The notes below the pieces were generated by a model. The model saw nothing but the letters and a program-made list of their open reading frames with translations, was not told where the DNA came from and did not search any database. Shown here piece by piece: positions 7,884-16,695 of a stretch of DNA of 64,000 bases (positions within the stretch are counted from its first letter, which is position 1; the number at the start of each line of letters is the position of its first letter). The stretch covers positions 1 to 64,000 of IMG/VR virus record IMGVR_UViG_3300042868_003730; one strand, given 5' to 3'. The position numbers and the translations under genes are program-made. This stretch comes from a virus.

Positions 7884-8639
7884 ATGACTATTCCAAAATA
7901 CAAAAGTATATTCATATCAGACGTACATCTAGGTACGAAAGACTGCAAAGCAGCGACACTTAATGATTTTCTAAAGAACAACAGCTGCGAAACTCTATAC
8001 CTCGTCGGTGACATTATCGATGGCTGGAGGATTCAACAGAACAAGTGGCGGTGGAAACAAAGCCACACCAATGTTATTCGGAGAATCCTAGGTTGTTCAA
8101 AGGACGGTACGAAGGTAATATACATTGCCGGAAACCATGATGAATTCCTAAGACCACTGTTATCCTATCACATTGGATTTGGTCTCGTAGAGATAGCCAA
8201 TCAGTACGAGCACATTGGAGTTGATGGTAAGAAATACCTCGTAGTCCATGGTGATCTATTCGATGGTATTACCAGACTAGCACCTTGGCTCTCATTCCTC
8301 GGTGATCGCGCATATGATTTTATTCTTAGCGCAAATACTAAGTTAAACTGGGTAAGAAGAAAACTTGGATTTGGCTACTGGAGTTTAAGCAGATTCCTAA
8401 AGTATAAAGTAAAGAAAGCAATTGATTTTGTTTTCCACTTTGAAAAGAATATCGCAAAGTACTGCGCCAAACGAGGTTTTGATGGAGTTATCTGTGGCCA
8501 TATCCATCATGCAGAAATCAAAAACATCGATGGTGTTGTTTATATGAATGATGGTGACTGGGTAGAATCGTGTACGGCATTAGTTGAGCACCACGACGGA
8601 ACCTGGGAAATAATTATGTGGAATCCGCAGGATGAATGA
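7884..8639 (+). CDS. LpxH-family metallophosphoesterase, PlcP (phospholipase C)-like
   Basis: SDVHLG, GDIIDGW, GNHD, HGD, CGHIH, NDGDWVES motifs; start moved to ATG 7884 because the track start lies inside tRNA-Gln. Confidence 0.85.
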   Translation: MTIPKYKSIFISDVHLGTKDCKAATLNDFLKNNSCETLYLVGDIIDGWRIQQNKWRWKQSHTNVIRRILGCSKDGTKVIYIAGNHDEFLRPLLSYHIGFGLVEIANQYEHIGVDGKKYLVVHGDLFDGITRLAPWLSFLGDRAYDFILSANTKLNWVRRKLGFGYWSLSRFLKYKVKKAIDFVFHFEKNIAKYCAKRGFDGVICGHIHHAEIKNIDGVVYMNDGDWVESCTALVEHHDGTWEIIMWNPQDE

Positions 8640-9651
8640 TCGCAAGACAATTCTTATTATCACTGATAACTTACCGGACCAAATAAATGGCGTCGTTACA
8701 ACTTTCAAAAACATTGAAACGTATGCTGATCGTGATGGGTTTGATATTGTTTATCTTGATCCCAGGCAGTTCAATTATATTAGTTGTCCTGGCTATGCTG
8801 ACATTAAACTCTCAATCCCGATTAAGATTGGAAAAAAGATTGAGAGCATATCTCCTGATTTTATCCACATTGCTACGGAAGGTCCAATCGGATTTTTCTC
8901 GCGATGTTACCTGGATAAGAAAAGGATAAAGTACAATACAAGTTATCATACAAAGTTCCCTGAGTTTCTGAAGGAGTTATATGGTATTCCAGAATGTATC
9001 AGTTACGCATACTTTCGCTGGTTCCACAAACACAGTGGGAAAGTTCTAACCACTACAAAGACCATGGTCCAAGAACTGGAAGAACATGGATTTGGTTCTA
9101 GAATAATCCCATGGACTCGCGGAGTTGACAGAAATATATTTGACAAATCTCTTCGATCACAGTATAATGGTAAGGTGTTACTAAGCGTAGGTAGGGTAAG
9201 TAAAGAGAAAGGTATCGAGGATTTCTGTTCTCTGGACTGCTCGAATGGTGGCATTAAGAAAATAGTAGTTGGTGATGGTCCATTGCGAAAAGAATTACAG
9301 GCAAAATATCCAGATGTGGAGTTCGTCGGTACGAAACGAGGAAAAGAATTAGCAGAGTATTATGCCAATGCAGATGTGTTTGTCTTTACGAGTAGGGTTG
9401 ATACTTTCGGTATCGTGATAATTGAAGCATTATCAATGGGTACTCCAGTAGCAGCATATAAAGTTCCTGGACCAATTGATATTATTGAACCTGGTGTCAA
9501 TGGATTTATAGGTGAAGATCTTGTTGATAGTATAAATAGCTGTTTAACACTCGATCGAGATTTGGTTGAGAAGTCAAGTAGTAAGTGGTCTTGGCAAGAA
9601 TGCTGGAATATATTCAAAGAAAATCTAATTTCTGTTCAGAGAGTCGGCTAA
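8632..9651 (+). CDS. GT4 (GT-B) glycosyltransferase, Agt-like glycolipid synthase candidate
   Basis: QINGVVTT, IHIATEGPIG, YHTKFPE, GRVSKEK, DTFGIVIIEAL..GTPV motifs. Confidence 0.88.
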   Translation: MNDRKTILIITDNLPDQINGVVTTFKNIETYADRDGFDIVYLDPRQFNYISCPGYADIKLSIPIKIGKKIESISPDFIHIATEGPIGFFSRCYLDKKRIKYNTSYHTKFPEFLKELYGIPECISYAYFRWFHKHSGKVLTTTKTMVQELEEHGFGSRIIPWTRGVDRNIFDKSLRSQYNGKVLLSVGRVSKEKGIEDFCSLDCSNGGIKKIVVGDGPLRKELQAKYPDVEFVGTKRGKELAEYYANADVFVFTSRVDTFGIVIIEALSMGTPVAAYKVPGPIDIIEPGVNGFIGEDLVDSINSCLTLDRDLVEKSSSKWSWQECWNIFKENLISVQRVG

Positions 9652-9652
9652 T

Positions 9653-10276
9653 ATGAATATCACAAAAGAACAACTAAAACAAATCATTCCAAAAAATCCA
9701 TACGTGGATCATTGGCATGGTGTGTTATCTAAACTATTCCCAGATTATGGAATTGACACTCCAGCCAGAATGGCATCATTCTTGGCTCAATGTGTCCATG
9801 AATCTGGTGGATTCACTACCCTTAAAGAAAATCTAAATTATAGACCAGTAACTCTTCGGAAGATTTTCGGAAAGTATTTCCCCACGGATGCACTGGCTGA
9901 GGAGTATTGCAGCAAGCCAAACAAGCAGGAAGCAATTGCCAATCGAGTTTATGCCAATCGTATGGGTAATGGTGACGAGGCGAGTGGTGATGGTTTTCGT
10001 TACTGTGGAAGAGGTCTTATTCAGTTAACTGGTAGGGACAATTACTCATGGTTTGCTGCGAGTATAGAAATCAGTCCAGAAGATGCATCAGAGTATCTTC
10101 AGACGTTTGAGGGTGCTGCGCAATCTGCTTGCTGGTTCTGGGAAAGCAACAATTTAAATACGTTTGCCGATGCGGGAGACCTTCTTACAATGACCAAGCG
10201 CATCAATGGTGGTACAATCGGAATGGAACATAGAAAACACGAATACGAACACGCAATGAAAGTATTCGGAGGTTGA
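9653..10276 (+). CDS. Glycoside hydrolase family 19 endolysin
   Basis: FLAQCVHESGGF, ENLNY, GRGLIQLTGRDNY, TKRINGG. Confidence 0.92.
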   Translation: MNITKEQLKQIIPKNPYVDHWHGVLSKLFPDYGIDTPARMASFLAQCVHESGGFTTLKENLNYRPVTLRKIFGKYFPTDALAEEYCSKPNKQEAIANRVYANRMGNGDEASGDGFRYCGRGLIQLTGRDNYSWFAASIEISPEDASEYLQTFEGAAQSACWFWESNNLNTFADAGDLLTMTKRINGGTIGMEHRKHEYEHAMKVFGG

Positions 10277-10277
10277 T

Positions 10278-10541
10278 ATGGCTTGCGATAAGAAGATGTT
10301 ACTTGGTGCGTTGATCATATTACTCTTACCTCTGTCATTGGCATTTTGTGGTGGAGACAGGTTTCGCTATCCATGTCAAGATCCTAAGAATTGGGATGAC
10401 GATATGTGTAAGCCACCTATTTGTGATGTTACGAGAACTTGTCCAGAACATATTTTCAAAGGACAGCGAGATCCTAGGTTGGGACCTCCCGAACCAGTAA
10501 ATTTACCAGCTCCGAAAGTAGGAGGAAATTGTGGAAAATAA
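10278..10541 (+). CDS. Cys/Pro-rich exported or lipoprotein-like protein, lysis-region associated
   Basis: Hydrophobic N-terminus then CGGDRFRYPCQDPKNW..C..PIC....CP. Confidence 0.7.
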   Translation: MACDKKMLLGALIILLLPLSLAFCGGDRFRYPCQDPKNWDDDMCKPPICDVTRTCPEHIFKGQRDPRLGPPEPVNLPAPKVGGNCGK

Positions 10542-10989
10542 ATTAATGTATACAGAAGAACAATTAATGGCTCGATTGAAGTTCTTCATCGGGATTTGCT
10601 TGGCATTGACATTGACGGGAATTATTTTCGTCATACTTTACTCAATCCTGTTCATTACTCAACCATTGAATGCGATCAGCCCTATTGATCAGAAGTTCTT
10701 TGAGATGATCATTCCGATTGCAACTTTCCTGACAGGCACCTTGTCTGGTATTATGTTGGCTGGTGGTGATAAAGATCTAAGAGCGAAGGCACTTGAGGCA
10801 GCAAACAAGCCACCTCCTCCAGCTCCTGCTCCAGTTGGATTCCAGCCTGGTTTGTCTACGACTGTAAATAACGGTATGGATTCTCCAGTGTCGAGATATA
10901 CATTCACCCAGACTCAATCTTTCGCTGAACCAATCGTTGGCTTCAATGGAATGTTGGCTCCACCTGCTGCACCGCAACCACTTATCTAG
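10531..10989 (+). CDS. Two-TM membrane protein (holin candidate)
   Basis: Two hydrophobic helices, Pro-rich tail, next to endolysin. Confidence 0.65.
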   Translation: MENKLMYTEEQLMARLKFFIGICLALTLTGIIFVILYSILFITQPLNAISPIDQKFFEMIIPIATFLTGTLSGIMLAGGDKDLRAKALEAANKPPPPAPAPVGFQPGLSTTVNNGMDSPVSRYTFTQTQSFAEPIVGFNGMLAPPAAPQPLI

Positions 10990-10997
10990 GAATAACT

Positions 10998-11189
10998 ATG
11001 ATCAAGAATATCTTATTGTCCGTAACATTAGCAATTTTCTCAATTGGTATTGCTCACGCTGAACCAGAAAAGAAGAAAGTTTGCGTAGAACAAAAGAACC
11101 AAAAGACTGGTAAGACAACTAACGTGTGTAAAGTTATCAAGATCCATAAAAAACTAGAAGTTGCTCCTGTCCCTGAAAAGAAGAAGTAA
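10998..11189 (+). CDS. Small secreted basic protein
   Basis: Signal peptide ending AHA, two Cys, Lys-rich. Confidence 0.7.
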   Translation: MIKNILLSVTLAIFSIGIAHAEPEKKKVCVEQKNQKTGKTTNVCKVIKIHKKLEVAPVPEKKK

Positions 11190-11195
11190 TTGTAT

Positions 11196-11283
11196 GGATA
11201 GTTGGCCGAGTGGTTAAGGCAGCAGTTTGCTAAACTGTCGCTCAGAAATGGGCGCATAGGTTCGAATCCTATACTATCCGCCA
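11196..11283 (+). tRNA. tRNA-Ser(GCT)
   Basis: gcagt-ttGCTaa-actgt, long variable arm, GGTTCGAATCC, GCCA. Confidence 0.93.
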
Positions 11284-11327
11284 GAACGTGACTAAATTAT
11301 TAGTGCGTCAACTGATGAGGTATCATT

Positions 11328-11630
11328 ATGAGTAATCCAGAAGATAAAGTAAAACACAGTCGGCGTTTCTATGATGTTGAAACTCACGTAGAACGTCGCA
11401 AGAAATTGATCAAAGCAAAGTCAGTGTACTTTGATGGTCACTCCACTGATAAACAACCCCACAGACTATACAAGTGTTCAGGAATGAACTGCGGTAACTC
11501 ACATTGCGTAATGTGTGGAAATCCTCGGAAGTTTCTCAAGGAGAAAACTATTCAGGAACGATCCTTCGAGCAGTTACCAATTGATCTTCTTGGTGAAGAT
11601 CTAGATGATGAGATTAATGAATTACGATGA
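11328..11630 (+). CDS. Hypothetical protein with Cys cluster (CGNSHCVMCGNPRK)
   Basis: GAGG SD, ORF track. Confidence 0.75.
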   Translation: MSNPEDKVKHSRRFYDVETHVERRKKLIKAKSVYFDGHSTDKQPHRLYKCSGMNCGNSHCVMCGNPRKFLKEKTIQERSFEQLPIDLLGEDLDDEINELR

Positions 11631-11662
11631 GATTATGATTAGATTAGCGATGAGATTAGTGT

Positions 11663-12133
11663 ATGATGAAAATTGATATAGATGAACTACAAAACTTTAT
11701 TGAATCACAATCAGAGACTACTCGGATTTATTTCGGGGCAGACTCCGAACGTGTCAATGTAAATGACGTATGGATGGTAGATTACCTTTTGGTAGTTGCG
11801 ATTCACATTGATGGAAAACATGGAGCCAAGGTATTCGGAGAAGTGCATCGTGAACGCGAATACGATAAGAGACTTGACCGTCCGAAGATGAGGCTTATGA
11901 CAGAGGTGATGAAGGTCGCTGAGTTGTATCTAAAGTGTGCAGATTTTCTTGAGGATAGACATGTAGAGTTACATCTAGATATCAACCCTCTGGAAATACA
12001 CGGAAGTTCCTGTGCTCTCAATGAGGCAGTGGGCTATATAAAGGGTGTTTGTGGAATTGATCCTGTTGTAAAACCCAATTCCTGGGCAGCAAGTATTTGT
12101 GCTGACAGAATCAAGACCATATTCCCAAAATAA
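11663..12133 (+). CDS. RNase H-like YkuK (DUF458) family protein
   Basis: IYFGADS, RLMTEV, ELHLDIN, KPNSWAASICAD motifs. Confidence 0.8.
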   Translation: MMKIDIDELQNFIESQSETTRIYFGADSERVNVNDVWMVDYLLVVAIHIDGKHGAKVFGEVHREREYDKRLDRPKMRLMTEVMKVAELYLKCADFLEDRHVELHLDINPLEIHGSSCALNEAVGYIKGVCGIDPVVKPNSWAASICADRIKTIFPK

Positions 12134-12156
12134 ACTATTAACTACTGAGGTAAATT

Positions 12157-12348
12157 ATGGAAGAAAAGAAAGTATTCGAATTTAATCTGGCTCTTAATCT
12201 AGATGAAGTTAACACCGTACTGACCGCACTGTCATCGGGGCAGTATAGCGTAGTGTCGGATCTCATTGCTAAGATTCGTGCACAGGCTTTGGGGCAGATG
12301 CCTCCGGAGCAACCAGTTGAAGTCGCTGACGAAGTAGTTAGCGAATAA
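12157..12348 (+). CDS. Hypothetical protein
   Basis: GAGG SD, ORF track. Confidence 0.7.
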   Translation: MEEKKVFEFNLALNLDEVNTVLTALSSGQYSVVSDLIAKIRAQALGQMPPEQPVEVADEVVSE

Positions 12349-12462
12349 GTTACCCACCTTAGGGCACGTTAGTCGTCACGGTTATAGGCGTCCGAGAAAT
12401 TTCACTGTCGCTCGTCAGTCGACCCAGTATAAAGTAAGCTGGACTAATTCATAGGATTCATT

Positions 12463-12873
12463 ATGTTAAATCTAACACTGATTCGTGGTCTCCCTGGCTC
12501 TGGTAAGTCCACTGTTGCTAACCAACTATTAGCTGATATTCCAGGCACATATCACGTAGAGACTGATATGTTCTTTACGGATTACAATGGCAACTATGAA
12601 TGGAATCGCGAGAATCTCGCCGCTGCCCATGAATGGTGTCTAGATCAGACTCGTAGGGCATTACGAAATGATCTCCAAGTATTCGTATCCAATACGTTCA
12701 CTACCCTCCACGAACTCCGTCCATACTTCGCTCTGGCAAAAGAGTTCGAGATTCTTCCTACAGTTATTCTCTGCCAAAATGACTGGGGGAATGTCCACGA
12801 TGTCCCTGTTGGAACTATCCTCAACATGAGGAAGCGATTCGTCTACGATATTTCATCACTCTTCCAGGAGTAG
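12463..12873 (+). CDS. P-loop ATPase/kinase (AAA_33, polynucleotide-kinase-like)
   Basis: LIRGLPGSGKST Walker A, VSNTFT, NVHDVP. Confidence 0.85.
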   Translation: MLNLTLIRGLPGSGKSTVANQLLADIPGTYHVETDMFFTDYNGNYEWNRENLAAAHEWCLDQTRRALRNDLQVFVSNTFTTLHELRPYFALAKEFEILPTVILCQNDWGNVHDVPVGTILNMRKRFVYDISSLFQE

Positions 12874-12930
12874 TTTACTTTTATTCAGTTTCGAGGTATA
12901 ATAACTTATCGAAACGAAATTAGGAAATAA
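12874..12930 (+). promoter_or_regulatory. Early promoter cassette
   Basis: TTTACT-17nt-TATAAT followed by aacttatcgaa and SD. Confidence 0.85.
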
Positions 12931-12931
12931 G

Positions 12932-13132
12932 ATGTTTGACGAAACTAAAGTTCTGGAAGTTGTCAAGAGTGTAACAGACAACGGCGCATATTTCTTCCAG
13001 GGCACTCTGTTCCTAGAGACCGAGGATCCTGAGATCGCAGTTAACGTCTTCATCGCGATCGCGGAGAAGATCACTGCTGCTCTTGCCTTCGGTAAGGCTG
13101 GCCAGGGTGAAACCTACTACGACTTTATCTAA
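12932..13132 (+). CDS. Early hypothetical protein
   Basis: Directly behind early promoter and SD. Confidence 0.7.
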   Translation: MFDETKVLEVVKSVTDNGAYFFQGTLFLETEDPEIAVNVFIAIAEKITAALAFGKAGQGETYYDFI

Positions 13133-13154
13133 AAGTTTAGTTAAGGAGTATATT

Positions 13155-13379
13155 ATGAAGTTTCGCGTAATTGTGAATGGCGTGCATTTCTTCTCTACTA
13201 CCAAGGCCATCCGTAATGGCATCGGTGATCATTACGAAACCAATGCTGCACTCCAGAAGGCACTTGTCTGCCTTGAGACCCCAGTAGTTCGTAAATACTT
13301 TGCTCCGGCACCAACGGTAAAATCCAATGGCATCGCTGGCACCTGGGAAGGTATGTCTGTTCAACTTGATCGGATTTAA
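13155..13379 (+). CDS. Hypothetical protein
   Basis: AAGGAG SD before ATG 13155. Confidence 0.7.
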   Translation: MKFRVIVNGVHFFSTTKAIRNGIGDHYETNAALQKALVCLETPVVRKYFAPAPTVKSNGIAGTWEGMSVQLDRI

Positions 13380-13380
13380 T

Positions 13381-13644
13381 ATGGAAGACCATCTCAAACA
13401 CTTCGCTCTCCTAGCACTGGAGAATCCACATAACCCATACTCTGAAGTCACCAAAGGCGATATCCATTGCTTTGATGACACGGAGTTGTTTCGGTACACG
13501 ATGTATGTGGTGACTGAATGTTTCTACATTATGGAGACACTTCAAAAGAATATGACTCCTGAAGAGACTAGAGCAGCAGAGATGTGCGCTGAGGCAATTC
13601 AGAAAGAGTTCAAACCTGTTATGGATAAAGTAGTAGCCAAGTAA
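13381..13644 (+). CDS. Hypothetical protein
   Basis: ATG right after previous stop. Confidence 0.65.
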   Translation: MEDHLKHFALLALENPHNPYSEVTKGDIHCFDDTELFRYTMYVVTECFYIMETLQKNMTPEETRAAEMCAEAIQKEFKPVMDKVVAK

Positions 13645-13653
13645 GGAGCCAAT

Positions 13654-13941
13654 ATGTCAGGTGGTCATTTTAATTATGAGCAGTATCGTATTCAGCGCAT
13701 TGCAGACTCAATCGAGCAATTGATTCTAAGTAATAATTCAGATAAACTTGATGAGTATGATTACCCTATCGGTCGCCATTACTCAAAGGAAACTATCAAA
13801 GAATTCGAGATTGGACTAGATCATTTGAAGAAGGCTATTATCTATGCACACCGCATTGATTGGTTGGTTTCTGGTGATGATGGTGAAGAATCATTCCATA
13901 CAAGATTGAAGAATGATTTGGAGGAAGATCCAAAATGGTGA
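13654..13941 (+). CDS. Conserved phage hypothetical protein (MSGGHFNY...IDWLVSGDDGEESF)
   Basis: AAGGAG SD; recognisable phage protein pattern. Confidence 0.75.
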   Translation: MSGGHFNYEQYRIQRIADSIEQLILSNNSDKLDEYDYPIGRHYSKETIKEFEIGLDHLKKAIIYAHRIDWLVSGDDGEESFHTRLKNDLEEDPKW

Positions 13942-14144
13942 TGTACTGCTATCCTAAAAAGAGGTACGTTGTTGCTACTGGAGTTTGGCGGAATACCCGT
14001 GGCGGTGGATTCAGGAATTTCCTCACCACTCCTAGTCTTCAACGTGCATTGTCAGTATATCGCAGGTGCAAAGTGAAGACAAGGCAGATTGATGTTCGTG
14101 GGCGTGGATTCAAAGCATATGCACTGATGTGGGAGAAGATGTGA
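13935..14144 (+). CDS. Hypothetical basic protein
   Basis: ORF track, coupled overlaps. Confidence 0.55.
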   Translation: MVMYCYPKKRYVVATGVWRNTRGGGFRNFLTTPSLQRALSVYRRCKVKTRQIDVRGRGFKAYALMWEKM

Positions 14145-14491
14145 TGACTGATTTACGAAAAGCAGCGCAGAAGGCGCTGGAGGCTTGGGATATATATCAG
14201 CAATGGCCGCTTCCTATTCGCCCAGACAAAGAGTTTGACACTCTCCGCGCTGCCCTCGCGCAGCCTGAGCAAGATCCTGTGGCGTGGATACGCAACGAGG
14301 GTGGGCTGTTTGGTAGTGATTGGACGCCTCTCTACACCAACTCACCCCAGCGCAAGCCGATGACGGACATGGCAATTGAGCGCGCATACGATGAACTGCT
14401 ATCACAACCCATGCGGGAGCAGGACAAAAGGGTGATCGTCAACTTTGCCCGTGCCATCGAAAAGGCGCATGGGATTGGGGGTGATGTATGA
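14144..14491 (+). CDS. Hypothetical protein (AQPEQDPVAW-type phage family)
   Basis: ORF track; visibly GC-richer than neighbours. Confidence 0.7.
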   Translation: MTDLRKAAQKALEAWDIYQQWPLPIRPDKEFDTLRAALAQPEQDPVAWIRNEGGLFGSDWTPLYTNSPQRKPMTDMAIERAYDELLSQPMREQDKRVIVNFARAIEKAHGIGGDV

Positions 14492-14558
14492 GTACTTCTG
14501 ATTGGATTCTCCTATATTGCACTGTAGTTGCTTTTGGCTTGGGGATTTGGATAGCAAA

Positions 14559-14804
14559 ATGAAACCACTTTACAAAACAGTCAAAGTAGTGTATGATGCC
14601 CATACCGCAGAGTACAAGGTCTATTATCGTAATTGGTTTCGTTGGCACTATGATCGCGGATATTTTGTTAGCAAATATATGTCTCCTAAGACCGCAAGAG
14701 AAAGTGCAATTGAACGTGCCGAATCTCTTTTGGAGACAGTTGAAGTATTCCGGAAATCTTATTCTCTGCCATGGAAGCATATGAGTTCTTATGAATCAGA
14801 ATGA
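14559..14804 (+). CDS. Hypothetical protein
   Basis: ORF track, probable start MKPLYK. Confidence 0.6.
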   Translation: MKPLYKTVKVVYDAHTAEYKVYYRNWFRWHYDRGYFVSKYMSPKTARESAIERAESLLETVEVFRKSYSLPWKHMSSYESE

Positions 14805-15054
14805 ACTAAAACCAACAGAATCTGAAGTAATTATCGGCAGACTTCGAAAGAAGATTGTTAATTTGATGGACCAGAGGGATGGGTATAAGAATGAACTGGT
14901 TCATTATCGTGAGGTACTTGACCATCATCCTTTCCGTGAGCGAGAATATAAAGAATATAATGCTAGAATCAAAGAACGTGAACGAGTTAAAGCATTGGAA
15001 ACAAGAGTCAAAGAGCAGGAAGAACTTATTAAGTTGCTGAGGAAAGAACAATGA
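14791..15054 (+). CDS. Coiled-coil hypothetical protein
   Basis: ORF track. Confidence 0.65.
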   Translation: MNQNELKPTESEVIIGRLRKKIVNLMDQRDGYKNELVHYREVLDHHPFREREYKEYNARIKERERVKALETRVKEQEELIKLLRKEQ

Positions 15055-15224
15055 GTGAACAAACTGATATTTACACTTGTAAAGCACCAATTCCAAAGTT
15101 TGTTGGTATGTATAAGATTGGCGGAGACCAAGGTTTATGTTTTTCGTTCGAACGAAAACCAAAATGGTTTCACCGTAAGATGATGCAATATTGTCTTGGT
15201 TGGGAATGGAAGGACACAGTATGA
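15051..15224 (+). CDS. Hypothetical protein (57 aa, MSEQTDIYTC...LGWEWKDTV)
   Basis: ATGA overlaps at both ends. Confidence 0.6.
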   Translation: MSEQTDIYTCKAPIPKFVGMYKIGGDQGLCFSFERKPKWFHRKMMQYCLGWEWKDTV

Positions 15225-15439
15225 ACGAACGTATGCTAGAATTAGCCCTGCAAGCAGGTCTCAAGAAAGACCATGGTTCTGATCGTGAGTATATCGGTGA
15301 TTTTGATTGGCGACAGTTTGCTGAGTTGATTGTGAGGGAATGTGCCAGGATTGGCGATTTAAAAGAACAGGACCATGAAGATTATGATCCTGACATATCA
15401 GTTTGGTGGTACATGATGCAGCATTTCGGATTTGAATAA
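15221..15439 (+). CDS. Hypothetical protein, MNERI..FAELIVREC..HFG family
   Basis: Paralogous to 15439..15636 and 33121..33321. Confidence 0.7.
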   Translation: MNERMLELALQAGLKKDHGSDREYIGDFDWRQFAELIVRECARIGDLKEQDHEDYDPDISVWWYMMQHFGFE

Positions 15440-15636
15440 TGAACGAAAAAATACGACAACTTTATGACACTGCAATGGTCGCAGCTGGCAAGGAAAACCA
15501 ATTCGAAACAACTCATCTGCATGTAGCAGAAAAGTTCGCCGAGTTGATCCTACGGGAATGCTGTCTTGTTATTGAGAAACACTATGAACCAGTGTATGAT
15601 GGGCAACTTATCAAGAGATACTTCGGAGTAGAATGA
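15439..15636 (+). CDS. Hypothetical protein, MNERI..FAELIVREC..FGVE family
   Basis: Tandem paralog. Confidence 0.7.
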   Translation: MNEKIRQLYDTAMVAAGKENQFETTHLHVAEKFAELILRECCLVIEKHYEPVYDGQLIKRYFGVE

Positions 15637-15911
15637 TGGCACGTAGAACTAATCTTAATCTCAAGGCAGAATTCAGAGAGTATTATTTGGAATCCTTTGC
15701 GAATCGTCCCACAGGAATCTATCATGAACTAGAAGCCGCATATATCGCTGGTGCTAGAGAAATGGCTCAGGACACTCTGGATACTCTAGGTGATTATGCC
15801 TGTGCTTGCGCTGGCTTGGAACCTGAACTAATCAAGCCAGAAGAAGTATATGATCGTGCGGAGCACTCTCTACAAGTTTATTACACTAAGATTCTGGATA
15901 ATGCCGAATGA
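15633..15911 (+). CDS. Hypothetical protein
   Basis: ORF track, ATGA overlap. Confidence 0.65.
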   Translation: MMARRTNLNLKAEFREYYLESFANRPTGIYHELEAAYIAGAREMAQDTLDTLGDYACACAGLEPELIKPEEVYDRAEHSLQVYYTKILDNAE

Positions 15912-16114
15912 GTGAAGATCTAGTCTACCGTCTTAGGAAACGTGCTGAGATTCGGCGAAAGATACTTACTCGCAAGAGTGTGCAGGAAGGTGAACCAGAT
16001 CGAATCGCTGATCTCCTAGAAGAAGCAGCGAATGAGATCGAACATATTCGCGAAATTCTTGATATTTCCCGTTCGGTAAATAATACCCCAAATGGAAATA
16101 ATATCATCCAATAA
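15908..16114 (+). CDS. Hypothetical protein (LVYRLRKRAEIRR..DRIADLLEEAA)
   Basis: ORF track, ATGA overlap. Confidence 0.7.
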   Translation: MSEDLVYRLRKRAEIRRKILTRKSVQEGEPDRIADLLEEAANEIEHIREILDISRSVNNTPNGNNIIQ

Positions 16115-16255
16115 TTCCCGAACGGGAAATCTATATGTTTAGTTTTATACTGAGAATCTTTGTTATATTATTTTCTATTTGTTCCTTATCCTTGATAGCA
16201 ATAGTTATGTTAGTTCCGATAAATATGTTTATTAGCGGAGTAAAGAGTTTAATAC

Positions 16256-16284
16256 TTTACTTTTTGCCTTGATCAAGGTATAAT
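16256..16284 (+). promoter_or_regulatory. Early promoter
   Basis: TTTACT-17nt-TATAAT. Confidence 0.75.
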
Positions 16285-16290
16285 ACATTT

Positions 16291-16695
16291 ATGAAATTCA
16301 AAGGTAAAGAAGTTCTTGCTCATTTGATGAGGCAGAGAGTCAATGGTCAGGACCAGTGGTTCTGGATTAACCCAATTACAGGTTCTTGTATCTCTCCGAG
16401 ATTTGATATTCAGGCAGCTGCTGATGAATGGTTTAATAATCTTGCAGAAGCGCACAATGAGTCATATGATTTTATAAACAGGCTTACGAATGGCAAGATA
16501 TATAAAGTAAAGGCAGTAGTTGATTTTACTGCCATACTGTCATCGACGAAGATTTGCCCATTCGATGTTGAGCAAGAAGGTAACACTCTTTCTGCTAATA
16601 TTCTTGGTCTAGATCTTTATGATGCCAGGGTTAGGTTCCGCGAATATTTCGACGTATTAGAATGGATTGAAAATGATCAAGAAAATCAAACTTGA
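16291..16695 (+). CDS. Hypothetical protein
   Basis: ATG 6 nt after the -10 box (possibly leaderless). Confidence 0.7.
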   Translation: MKFKGKEVLAHLMRQRVNGQDQWFWINPITGSCISPRFDIQAAADEWFNNLAEAHNESYDFINRLTNGKIYKVKAVVDFTAILSSTKICPFDVEQEGNTLSANILGLDLYDARVRFREYFDVLEWIENDQENQT

